A DNA stretch of 64,000 bases from IMG/VR virus record IMGVR_UViG_3300030493_000012; one strand, 5' to 3'. The DNA is from a virus. Below the pieces are notes generated by a model, which was not told the origin of the DNA, ran no database searches, and saw nothing but the letters and a program-made list of their open reading frames with translations. Each line of letters begins with the position of its first letter. Positions within the stretch are counted from its first letter, which is position 1. The position numbers and the translations under genes are program-made. Of the stretch, positions 46,006 to 55,264 are shown in pieces.

Positions 46006-46728
46006 ATGGAAAACTTCAAAAGAAATGAGGATGGCCTTATTGAAGGCGTTAAGTATGTCTTTAATGATGACAAAACTGTGAATTGGAGAGCGATGGTTCC
46101 GGTTGAGTTTGTTTACCTTAACCCTGAGCGCCGAAATTCATTAGAGTTAAAGTATGGCAAAAAGTTAGAAGAAATTGATTTATTAACCACAAAAGTTGAT
46201 GACACGGACTTAATTTTGCTTTTGGCGGGTGTGAAATTTTTAGCTCGTTTGAGAGGCTTTACAGCAGTAAGGAATACTCCGTTTATTGCCACAGAAGGTT
46301 ATTGTGCCTGCAACTGTTCAATAGATTTTACTCCTAATTTTGAAACATTCGGCGTTCCTGTAACATTTTCTGACAACGCTTGCGCTCACCTAGGAAATAC
46401 TACAAAATTTGGCCAAAAATATCTTATTGAAATGGCCTCAAATCGCGCTTTTTGTCGTTGCGTTCGCAATTTCCTGAACATTAATATTGTTTCTAAGGAA
46501 GAATTAGGCTCAAAACAAGAGGAAGAAACAAACGAGTCTGACGTTGCTTATCAAATTCTACAGCAACAAATGAACGAAAAGGGAATCTCTTTTGAAAAAG
46601 TAAAGGCAAACCTTGTAAAGGAAAACTTTGAAGGCGCAGAAGCCTTTTCTTCAATCAAAGATATTCCAAAGAAAAAGGTTTTTGATTTAATCTCTCGAAT
46701 CAAGAAAAAAGGCGAGAAGCCATCTTAG
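46006..46728 (+). CDS. Hypothetical protein, possibly ssDNA-annealing (Rad52/Sak-like)
   Basis: EMASNRAFCRCVR...EE resembles the annealase helix A.TRA..RA; weak. Confidence 0.35.
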   Translation: MENFKRNEDGLIEGVKYVFNDDKTVNWRAMVPVEFVYLNPERRNSLELKYGKKLEEIDLLTTKVDDTDLILLLAGVKFLARLRGFTAVRNTPFIATEGYCACNCSIDFTPNFETFGVPVTFSDNACAHLGNTTKFGQKYLIEMASNRAFCRCVRNFLNINIVSKEELGSKQEEETNESDVAYQILQQQMNEKGISFEKVKANLVKENFEGAEAFSSIKDIPKKKVFDLISRIKKKGEKPS

Positions 46729-48866
46729 GACAGTCCGCTATAAATTGTAACCGCCTTAAAAATTGAGGCATAACCATTTCCGGCGTCATTGTAAGCAATC
46801 GGCAGATATTTTCCAGTTGAGCCAATATTTACTAGCGGAAAACTTATATTAACTTTGTTGCCTAATAAATCTTCGTTTAGATAGCTCGAAGAAATGTCAA
46901 ATCCAACATCAGAATAAACCAAGCTAATCTGGTTTGGAATTCCTGTCATTGTGACTTTTGTAACGTCATTCAGATAATTGCCAATCAATGACATATACAT
47001 AGTCTGGCCGCTATACAAAGCTGGAACTCTAACGTCTGTAATAATTGGCGCTGAATTAAATAACGCAAAACTTACACCCGATTCATAAACACTTGACAAA
47101 TCCGCTCTGTATAGATAAACCATTCCTGAATTACCAACAATTCCAGTCGGCACAGTTCCACTTAAAGCATCGCCAACATACTTAAATGTCGAAGCTACGC
47201 CTGCAAAGTCAACTAAATAGCCGCCATTTCCACCCATAGCCGCTAAAAGAGGCTCTTTGATGTTTTGGCCTGTTATAATAATTGAATCACCTAATTTAGC
47301 GCCGGTTGGAATTAAACCTGTAACATTGACGGTCGGAAAGAATTGTTGTTGGCTATATACAGTATTTAAATTAGAATCAATAATTTTAACATAACCAAAA
47401 CTATTGCCAGTTGGAACAGTTATTGAGAATGTATTATCTAAAATTGAACTTGGCGCACCAGCATTAATATCATTAAAATAAACCTCGGTTGTTTTGGCCA
47501 AGCCATAGCCTGATACAATTACTGTATTTCCAGCCCAACCAGTATAAGGAACCAAATTTGTAACTATTGGCTTCGAATAGAACTTATCTACAGAAGTTGC
47601 AATTTGTGAGCGGCCAGTCGAAACAACAGAAATATAACCAGAAGCTGCATTTGGCGAATAAGCAGTAATAGTATTGGAATTAATTGAATTAAAGATTCCA
47701 GTTTGAGCGCCGAACCTAACTTCTGAAACTCTATTCAAATTCTCACCTAAAATTGTAACTAATTCTCCAGAATTAATGAGTTTTGGAGAAAAATCAGTTA
47801 TTGACATTGGCAAATATTGTATTCTATATTGAGTAGGATGCTTTAAAAGACCGGCAAACGATTCAATATTAACAAATCCGCTAATAATATCATTTGGAAC
47901 AGTAGCATCAATTCTGTTTGGATTATTGACAGAAAAAGTCTCGCAAGGTCTGTCTTGCAAATAAACAGCCGTTACCAAGTCTAAATTTTGACCATTTATT
48001 ACCACTATACTTTTATATCCATTGGTGCCGCCCATTTCGGATATTGTGTTGTTGGCCGAAAAAGTTGTGGACTCATCAACATTAATCACCGAAATTGAAG
48101 ATATAGAAGGCGCTGGCTGGTTTATTGTCTGAATTATGCCAATCTCTGTTCTTGCCATCGCATTATCACCAACCGCAAATGATTTAGATTGCAAAACCCC
48201 AGAAGTAACAAATGAATCAATTAATGCACTATTTTTGTCTCGAATATTGGCCTTAAGATACAAAATCTCACCAGAATACAAAGGCTCAACTAAACTTTTT
48301 TCAATTCCTAAAGTTGTTTGAACGCTTATTTCTTTTGGCGCTATTCTGTATGGAAATTCGCTATCTACATTATAATAAGGCTCATAAGACCGACTGTATG
48401 AAAAATTATAATCCAGAATTTTACCACTAATCTTTTCATCAATAAAATCAAAAGTTACATCGCTGGCGTTTAATATTGAAATATTTGAAATTTGTCTAGC
48501 ACTAAAACCTGTAGGTGTTCCAATTATTGGATTCCAGAAAGAAATCGTGGCATTTGATTCAATCGGCGCATTAGGTTGAATTTTTACTGAATAATCTGTT
48601 AAATAACCAGAAATAGCCATTCCAGCAAAATATCCACTAATTTGAGCCTCGGATGTTGTATAAGAGCTTAAAATATCCTGTCCAGTCCAAAAATATGACA
48701 TTCTCCATTGTCCATTAATACCTTCTGATGGCGAGAAATCATAAGTAGCTTTTTGGCCAACCTTATATTGTGGAGTTAAAGAAGCCTCTAAGCTAACATC
48801 TGAGCTATTAGCTATAATCTCGCGACCAGCAATTAAAATTGGACAATTTTGCGCTCTAAAAAACAT
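46725..48866 (-). CDS. Virion structural protein with about five IPT/TIG Ig-like repeats
   Basis: Repeats of I..F.P.....G..V.I.G.NL..V..V.F; N-terminal domain paralogous to the two upstream genes. Confidence 0.75.
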   Translation of the reverse strand: MFFRAQNCPILIAGREIIANSSDVSLEASLTPQYKVGQKATYDFSPSEGINGQWRMSYFWTGQDILSSYTTSEAQISGYFAGMAISGYLTDYSVKIQPNAPIESNATISFWNPIIGTPTGFSARQISNISILNASDVTFDFIDEKISGKILDYNFSYSRSYEPYYNVDSEFPYRIAPKEISVQTTLGIEKSLVEPLYSGEILYLKANIRDKNSALIDSFVTSGVLQSKSFAVGDNAMARTEIGIIQTINQPAPSISSISVINVDESTTFSANNTISEMGGTNGYKSIVVINGQNLDLVTAVYLQDRPCETFSVNNPNRIDATVPNDIISGFVNIESFAGLLKHPTQYRIQYLPMSITDFSPKLINSGELVTILGENLNRVSEVRFGAQTGIFNSINSNTITAYSPNAASGYISVVSTGRSQIATSVDKFYSKPIVTNLVPYTGWAGNTVIVSGYGLAKTTEVYFNDINAGAPSSILDNTFSITVPTGNSFGYVKIIDSNLNTVYSQQQFFPTVNVTGLIPTGAKLGDSIIITGQNIKEPLLAAMGGNGGYLVDFAGVASTFKYVGDALSGTVPTGIVGNSGMVYLYRADLSSVYESGVSFALFNSAPIITDVRVPALYSGQTMYMSLIGNYLNDVTKVTMTGIPNQISLVYSDVGFDISSSYLNEDLLGNKVNISFPLVNIGSTGKYLPIAYNDAGNGYASIFKAVTIYSGLS

Positions 48867-48867
48867 A

Positions 48868-49662
48868 TTAACTTATCTTATTGGCCTCAACGGAAAATCT
48901 GATTATATCGTTTGGTTGGATTGATGTTTCAAATGATGAAACTTCTTGTTGGCTTATGTCGAGTGCGAGATAAACGCCTGTATTTGTAAATGTGTCTTGT
49001 AAAGGATTGATTGTTATGCTCTCCAAGTTAATTGCCGACAATAAAGTTTCTGGCCTAAACTTTGCTCCTGTATATAAATCATGAACAACCGAAATTCTTT
49101 CTTGTACGTTTCCTCGATAAATTTGAGGAAATAAACTTCCAACTGAAAAAACTGGCAGTAAATCAATGTCTGCATTATAAGATAAATTATAGACCGTTGA
49201 AATTCCTCCTTCTATTTGTGTGTAGGCGGTATTTGCAAAATCAAACCAATTATAAGCAATATCAGAAGATTTAGCCGTCAAAGTTCCGCTAACACCATTA
49301 AAACACTGAAAATTCGCATTTGCTTCAATTAGACTGTTTGGCTGGACGGTCAGACCATAAGATTTTAGATAAAAAGCACCAGAAACACCACCAAAAGATA
49401 TAAGAACTGGATTTAACGGATCAACTCCAACATAGTCTTTAATGTTGCTCAAATTAGGAAGATTTGGCTCATGCGCGGTGTTTAGATAATAACTTATACT
49501 TACAGAATTAGTAACCGGAGCATTAAAAGCATTACTAACCTGAGACTGAAAACCTATAGCCGAAATTGGATTAGAGCCATTAGCAGAAGAAAAAGATGCA
49601 TTTTGGCACCAAATTCCGGTGCTTCCAACAAATATTTGGCAATTATTGAAATTTAGGCTCAT
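48868..49662 (-). CDS. Putative tail tube/baseplate-like structural protein
   Basis: S/N/T-rich beta protein; YNLSYNADIDLLPVFSVG motif shared with neighbours. Confidence 0.5.
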   Translation of the reverse strand: MSLNFNNCQIFVGSTGIWCQNASFSSANGSNPISAIGFQSQVSNAFNAPVTNSVSISYYLNTAHEPNLPNLSNIKDYVGVDPLNPVLISFGGVSGAFYLKSYGLTVQPNSLIEANANFQCFNGVSGTLTAKSSDIAYNWFDFANTAYTQIEGGISTVYNLSYNADIDLLPVFSVGSLFPQIYRGNVQERISVVHDLYTGAKFRPETLLSAINLESITINPLQDTFTNTGVYLALDISQQEVSSFETSIQPNDIIRFSVEANKIS

Positions 49663-50510
49663 TTCTTGTAAGTTAAACTAACTACTGAATACCCATCTTT
49701 ATTAATAGAATATTCTTCTCTAATTAACATCATTTGAGGCAAGTTATAGTTCAAAACCGTAGCCTTGGTATTAAAATCTTTAACAATAACCGAAATATCT
49801 TCAAGAGGCTGTGTTACTGGATAATCTGTTGTGTTTCGAGGATTATAATCTTTGGCATACATCGAAACCTGAAAACCAAAAAGAACAGGCGGATTAAGTT
49901 TTACCTCACAAGGATATTTGCGGCCAACTTTGTAAACAGGATTTCTATTGACTTGAATATCTAAAGTATAACTTTGAATTGCGTCAGTTCCCCAAAGACT
50001 GCCGGAAACCTCAATTCCACCAAATCCAACCGTAACCAATGAGCCTGTAAAATAACCAGTATTAATAACTGAAATATCACTTGAAACTTTGCTATTTCCA
50101 TCAATATAACTCTGTGAAAAAGTCCCGGCATCACCAAAAGCAGTAATATCAACATCAATTTTCGGAACATCGCCAACCGAACAACTTGATTTATAAGTAT
50201 TTAGGTATCCAGAAGTAAAGCAAAAATTGTTGGAAATATCATTTCTTGATGTCAATAAATAACCATTAAACGCAGCATCGCCAGTTAACCCAATTAAATC
50301 GTCCTGATTAGTAAAAACAGAGGTTGAAATTGATGCTTCTATACTATTATTGCCAACTGGTAAAAATATGCCATTTTCGGAACCTAAACCTTGTACAAAT
50401 TCAGTATTTAGGTCATAAGACGCAGAATAACTTTGAAGTCCAGCTATTTGTGTTGAATTCAGAAATAACTGCCTCTCGCCTCTATCCAAAACCTTGGTAT
50501 TAATTGCCAT
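49659..50510 (-). CDS. Putative tail tube/baseplate-like structural protein
   Basis: QSYSASY and QSYTLDIQVNRNPVYKVG internal repeat. Confidence 0.5.
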   Translation of the reverse strand: MAINTKVLDRGERQLFLNSTQIAGLQSYSASYDLNTEFVQGLGSENGIFLPVGNNSIEASISTSVFTNQDDLIGLTGDAAFNGYLLTSRNDISNNFCFTSGYLNTYKSSCSVGDVPKIDVDITAFGDAGTFSQSYIDGNSKVSSDISVINTGYFTGSLVTVGFGGIEVSGSLWGTDAIQSYTLDIQVNRNPVYKVGRKYPCEVKLNPPVLFGFQVSMYAKDYNPRNTTDYPVTQPLEDISVIVKDFNTKATVLNYNLPQMMLIREEYSINKDGYSVVSLTYKK

Positions 50511-50527
50511 GCGCCTTATCCTGCTTA

Positions 50528-50536
50528 TAATTACAC
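50528..50536 (-). promoter_or_regulatory. GTGTAAT motif (left arm of divergent pair)
   Basis: GTGTAATTATAAGCAGGATAAGGCGC-ATG(50510). Confidence 0.6.
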
Positions 50537-50554
50537 GAAAAGCATAGTTGAAAA

Positions 50555-50563
50555 GTGTAATTT
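50555..50563 (+). promoter_or_regulatory. GTGTAAT motif (right arm of divergent pair)
   Basis: GTGTAATTTAAGGAAAGGAACAAGGTAT-ATG(50583). Confidence 0.6.
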
Positions 50564-50582
50564 AAGGAAAGGAACAAGGTAT

Positions 50583-51107
50583 ATGGCCGGGTCAATTTAC
50601 AATATAGCGGAATGGTCAAGTTTGGCGACTTACGCAAAGCATTTTGTTGTTAAAAACAATAACAGCTATTATTATTCATTGCAAGACCACGTTGCAAGTG
50701 CTTCATTTTCGGCAGATTTAGGCAGCGGATTATGGGGCGGCTACATTACTGATTCTAATGGTGAATCAAAACCTTCATTTTTGTGGACTCCATCAATTAG
50801 TTCCGAAATTGCCGCCAACCCAAGAGTTAAAACCATTTCTTTTGGTGATGGATATTCACAAAGAACCAAAGATGGAATTAACAATAATTTGCTTTCTTTG
50901 CAATTAAGCTTTGATGGTCGAACCTTGATTGAGGCCAAGGCAATTTTGCACTTTTTGTACACCAGAGAAGGCGTCGAATCATTCCTTTGGACACCACCAG
51001 AGCCTTTCAATAAGCAAAAAAGATTCATTTGCAAAGAATTTCCTATGAGTACATCGTTCTTTGGGGCATATAATATTAGATGTACTTTTGAAGAAGTCGT
51101 GTCTTAA
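50583..51107 (+). CDS. Minor tail protein, lambda gpM-like, with N-terminal extension
   Basis: PRVKTISFGDGYSQR..DGINN, IL.FL..R.GVESF.WTPP. Confidence 0.85.
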   Translation: MAGSIYNIAEWSSLATYAKHFVVKNNNSYYYSLQDHVASASFSADLGSGLWGGYITDSNGESKPSFLWTPSISSEIAANPRVKTISFGDGYSQRTKDGINNNLLSLQLSFDGRTLIEAKAILHFLYTREGVESFLWTPPEPFNKQKRFICKEFPMSTSFFGAYNIRCTFEEVVS

Positions 51108-51108
51108 A

Positions 51109-52116
51109 ATGGATAAATTAACCGCTCAAACAGCCAATAAAGTTTTAAGCTCGGAGATTATGTCTCTGAATCCGGCTACGCTTATTACTTTGTTTGAGAT
51201 TGACTTGTCGGAAATTGCTTTTGATATTGGTTTAGCCACAAACAATACCAATACTGTTTTTAGATTTCATAACAGTAATTTTCTCAGAGCAAAGAACTTA
51301 ATCTGGAAAGGCTTTGAATATCAAGCGGCTCCAATTATTGTTGAAGGTTATGAAATTTCAAGTCAAGGAACACCGCCAACTCCAAAATTGGCAATTTCAG
51401 TCAACGACCAAGGAATTCCCGGTTTGACGCAATTAAAACAATTGCTTAGACAAGTAGGCGATTTAACTGGAGCCAAAGTTACAAGAATTAGGACTTTTGC
51501 TAAATATCTTGACGCTCAAAATTTTATCAACAACGTTACGCCAGAACAGTTTGCGCCAAATTCTAATATTGAATTTCCAAGAGACATTTTTTATATTGAG
51601 CGCAAGTCACAAGAAAATAAAACAACCATAGAATATGAACTATCCTCTATTTTTGATTTGGAGAATGTTAAGTTGCCAGCTAGATTGGTTTTGGCTTCAA
51701 AATGCTCCTGTGTTTATCGCGGCAACGGATGTTTGTATGAATATGCATCAAGGCGCGTAAACACAACGCACGGAACACCTTCTGAGTCAAACCTGCCTTT
51801 ATTAGCGCCGCCAATCGCCAACAACAAAGATGAACTAATTAAAGATATTATTGGTGTTAATAGCCTAAAAGACAGGGGTAAATGGCAAAGAGACACTGTT
51901 TATTCAATTGGCGACAATATATTTATTGAAAAAAATGGAATTAAATACTATTTTGTAGCCAAGGTCAATAATCCTCAAAACGCGCCTCCAAATATTACAG
52001 AATGGGTGGCTGATGTTTGTTCCAAGACAGTAAAAGGATGCCGATTAAGATGGGGAAGAATTGATGACGGCGGCTTAATGTTTAATGGTTTTCCAGCAAC
52101 GAATAAGGCGGTCTAA
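51109..52116 (+). CDS. Minor tail protein, lambda gpL-like
   Basis: ITLFEID, IWKG.EY, GAKVTRIRTFAKYLD, CSCVYRG..C.Y, D.CSKT..GC..R. Confidence 0.88.
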   Translation: MDKLTAQTANKVLSSEIMSLNPATLITLFEIDLSEIAFDIGLATNNTNTVFRFHNSNFLRAKNLIWKGFEYQAAPIIVEGYEISSQGTPPTPKLAISVNDQGIPGLTQLKQLLRQVGDLTGAKVTRIRTFAKYLDAQNFINNVTPEQFAPNSNIEFPRDIFYIERKSQENKTTIEYELSSIFDLENVKLPARLVLASKCSCVYRGNGCLYEYASRRVNTTHGTPSESNLPLLAPPIANNKDELIKDIIGVNSLKDRGKWQRDTVYSIGDNIFIEKNGIKYYFVAKVNNPQNAPPNITEWVADVCSKTVKGCRLRWGRIDDGGLMFNGFPATNKAV

Positions 52117-52856
52117 TGCTTACATCACCTGAAATTTTAGACAAAATAGAAGAACATGCTAGACAAGATGTTAGGCGCGAGTGTTGTGGCTTGATTTTAG
52201 AAAGCGTTGATGGCGCGGTTTTTACCATGCCTTGTAATAATGTAGCTAAAGATTCAACTCACGAATTTCAAATTAAAGATTCAGACATTATCTTTGCTGA
52301 AACTTTTGGTAAAATTAAGGCTTATTATCATTCACACCCAAAAACCTGCAAACTTTCGCTACACGACAAGATTATCAGTAATCAAAACAAGTTTCCGGCT
52401 GTAGTTTATTATTGTCCAATTAATCAGTTCGAAGTTTATTATCCAAGCAAAGACCATAAAGAATACTTATTCAGAGAATTTCAATTGGGCAAAAACGATT
52501 GTTTTAGTTTGGTTCGAGATTTCTTTTTGCAAGAGTATGGAATTGTAATTTCGGACTATCCAAGAGTTGAAAAGTGGTTCTCTAAATATCCAAATTTAAT
52601 AACCGACAATTTTACAAAAGAAGGTTTTGATAGAGCGCATATTGGTTCGGTTAAAGATTTTAGAGTCCTGCAAGAGGCCGATGTTATTCTTTTGAACACA
52701 ATAGGCAATAAATATCCTGTTCACATGGCCGTTTATCTTGGTTCTGGATTAATAATGCACCATCCAAGAGACCAATATTCTTGTATTGAAAAATACTCCA
52801 GAGTTTTTCAAAGAATGACTAAATTAGTAGTTCGACACAAAAGTTTATGTTTTTAA
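52116..52856 (+). CDS. Tail assembly protein, lambda gpK-like (JAB + NlpC/P60)
   Basis: RECCGLI, YHSHP...LS..D; NDCFSLVRD, HMAVYLG, MHH. Confidence 0.88.
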   Translation: MLTSPEILDKIEEHARQDVRRECCGLILESVDGAVFTMPCNNVAKDSTHEFQIKDSDIIFAETFGKIKAYYHSHPKTCKLSLHDKIISNQNKFPAVVYYCPINQFEVYYPSKDHKEYLFREFQLGKNDCFSLVRDFFLQEYGIVISDYPRVEKWFSKYPNLITDNFTKEGFDRAHIGSVKDFRVLQEADVILLNTIGNKYPVHMAVYLGSGLIMHHPRDQYSCIEKYSRVFQRMTKLVVRHKSLCF

Positions 52857-55264
52857 GTCCAGAAATTAAGAAAAATATCCAGAATCATGCTTATGAAAAG
52901 CGCGGCTCTGTAGTTTGTGGTTTGATTGTTGATACTGGTCATAACCTTTTAAGCTATGAAATTACTCTTTTTGACGCCAAATTCTTTCTTGTTTCGCCTG
53001 TTGATTTAGCAAACGCTTCAAGGTTGGGCAAAATAGTTGGAATTTATCGCTCTAATATTGACAAATTTAGTCAATTTTCTGATTTAGATATTAAGACCGC
53101 CAAAACCTTAAAATGTCCAATTATTGTCTATGACTTTTCCGATTTCAACGTTTTTGAGCCGGAAATTGAAAAAGATGGATTAGTAAAAATTACTTTGCAT
53201 GGAAAATTAGGAGAAAGCATTGGCAAAACTTGGAGACTGGCTGTTAATAGTGTTTCTGAGGCTGTTCGAGCCATCGAAATGAACAGTAAAAGAAAATTGT
53301 TCAAATTTTTGTATAACAATGATAAGTTTGGCCTGAAATACAGAGTTTTGATTAATGGGAATGACTTTTTGTATTCAGAATTACCAACAATTGACAAATT
53401 AAATACCATAACAGATTCAGAATTAGCTTGCCATATTGAAGATTTAAAGACTATAGATATTATTCCTGTAATGGAAGGCGCGGACAAAATAGGTGGAATT
53501 ATTGGCACTGTTTTGGGCGTAATTTTGATTGTGGTTGGCATTATTCTTATGGTTACGCCAGCTACCGCTCCGCTAGGACTTGGAATTATTATGGCCGGTC
53601 TTGGTCTTGTGGCGGCAGGCGTCATTAATCTTCTCTCTAAACCTCCTAACGGCGGCGATTTTCGAGAAATAGAAAACGCACAAGGCAGAACTTCTTATTT
53701 ATTTAATGGCCCTGAAAATGTAACCAAAGAAGGCGGGCCTGTTCCGCTTGGTTATGGTAGGTTGTTGGTTGGAAGCCAAGTAATTTCCGCCTCTTATATT
53801 GTCAAAAACATTAGCGCCGATATTGGCTCTGATAAGAAATACGACCCCGGCTTTTTTGATACCAGTGTCAATTATGAAATTAATGCTGTCGGCTCTAATA
53901 GATACAAAGCCTCTTATAAAGGAACATCAGCCAAACCAAGCGGATGGGTTTCAGAGCTAGTTCCTATAGAGACTTCTGACATAACATACCAGTATGTTTC
54001 GAATGTTTTCGTTTCGGATTCGTATATCTATCTTATTGTTATTATTTTATTTAAAAATGGAAATGTTTCTAGCATAACAGGTGGCGCTACCACAGAAGCA
54101 TTGACCGTAAAACACAGATACTTGGTTAGGAAATCCCTGTCGGCAACTATCACAGATAAGTTTGAGGCCGTCGCTTATTTATCAGATTGCGATATAAATG
54201 ATTTAATAACACGCGCCAGCGCATTTACACAAAGTTTTGCAACGATAGACAATCCAATTACAGCATTATCAGTATTAGAAACAACCGTCCAAACATCAAT
54301 ATTAATGGCACCGGCGAGACCATTGTTGCCAGAATCCAAGCAGTACGATATAACACAAGCAGGAAACGCTGATTCTAACTATACCAGACTTTCTGGTAAG
54401 ATTTATAAAATTTTGGCCGACAAAGAAAATAACTATTTCTACTATGTTGGAAATTTTCCTAAAACAGCCTCTTATACAGGATTAATCGCCAAAGCACAAA
54501 TTAATGGAAATCTATTTACAACAGCCTCTTTCGGAGCTAGTAATCTCTATGATTATTCAGCCTCGGCTTGTGGGATTGTAGATATTTGCAAGGCAGGAAA
54601 CGATTTGATTGTATCTGGATATTTCTACAACGGCTCTAATTTCTTTAATATTGCAGTTTTAGATGCCAATGGTAATGTCATAAGCACAACAGCGCCAACT
54701 TTTGTGGCGATTCCTGGTTTCGCATATCCATTGATTAAAAGTGTATATTTTGATAGCGCGAGCAATTATGTTTATATAGCTGGTGATTTCGTCATTGACG
54801 GAACGCCACAGTATAAAAACGCGGCCAGATTAACCTTTAATACATCAACTAGAGCGTTAGCCGTTGACACTTCTTGGATTTGTCCGTTTAATGGTGCTCT
54901 GGCCACAAACCACGATTTGGCAGTTGACACTATCAATGTTGTAACTCAGCAAATTTCGGATAAAAAACTCCTGTTTGGTGGCAGATTCGCAATTTTAGCC
55001 AAAGAAGGTCAAGAAGCAGCTTATTCTAGCTACCGAGGATTGTTAAGAACCAACGAAGATGGTAGCTATGATAATACTTTTAATGCCGGAATTGAGAAAT
55101 CTAAAGTTGGAACTGAAAATTCCATCAATTTCGTGAAAGTGACAGAAGCGGCGGGAAGTCAATACGCTGGCCAAATCTTTATCGGTGGCGACTTCACAGA
55201 ATATAATGACTCCACCAACAAAAACTTTGCAATTTTAACCAATGGAACCTATGGACGAACTTAA
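52847..55264 (+). CDS. Tail assembly protein, lambda gpI-like, with N-terminal inactive JAB copy and C-terminal beta-propeller-like region
   Basis: ITLHGKLG...EAVRAI, IDIIPVMEGA, SYLFNG..N...EGGPVPLGYGRLLVGSQVIS; GG.F and LRTNEDGSYDNTFN repeats. Confidence 0.8.
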   Translation: MFLSPEIKKNIQNHAYEKRGSVVCGLIVDTGHNLLSYEITLFDAKFFLVSPVDLANASRLGKIVGIYRSNIDKFSQFSDLDIKTAKTLKCPIIVYDFSDFNVFEPEIEKDGLVKITLHGKLGESIGKTWRLAVNSVSEAVRAIEMNSKRKLFKFLYNNDKFGLKYRVLINGNDFLYSELPTIDKLNTITDSELACHIEDLKTIDIIPVMEGADKIGGIIGTVLGVILIVVGIILMVTPATAPLGLGIIMAGLGLVAAGVINLLSKPPNGGDFREIENAQGRTSYLFNGPENVTKEGGPVPLGYGRLLVGSQVISASYIVKNISADIGSDKKYDPGFFDTSVNYEINAVGSNRYKASYKGTSAKPSGWVSELVPIETSDITYQYVSNVFVSDSYIYLIVIILFKNGNVSSITGGATTEALTVKHRYLVRKSLSATITDKFEAVAYLSDCDINDLITRASAFTQSFATIDNPITALSVLETTVQTSILMAPARPLLPESKQYDITQAGNADSNYTRLSGKIYKILADKENNYFYYVGNFPKTASYTGLIAKAQINGNLFTTASFGASNLYDYSASACGIVDICKAGNDLIVSGYFYNGSNFFNIAVLDANGNVISTTAPTFVAIPGFAYPLIKSVYFDSASNYVYIAGDFVIDGTPQYKNAARLTFNTSTRALAVDTSWICPFNGALATNHDLAVDTINVVTQQISDKKLLFGGRFAILAKEGQEAAYSSYRGLLRTNEDGSYDNTFNAGIEKSKVGTENSINFVKVTEAAGSQYAGQIFIGGDFTEYNDSTNKNFAILTNGTYGRT

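Noticed and set aside
5021-51108. Longer ORF-track starts for several genes (6295, 18216, 27578, 28536, 30397, 34837, 42834, 51061)
   Set aside because: The extensions overlap neighbouring genes, terminators or promoters; downstream ATGs fit promoter spacing or gene coupling better.
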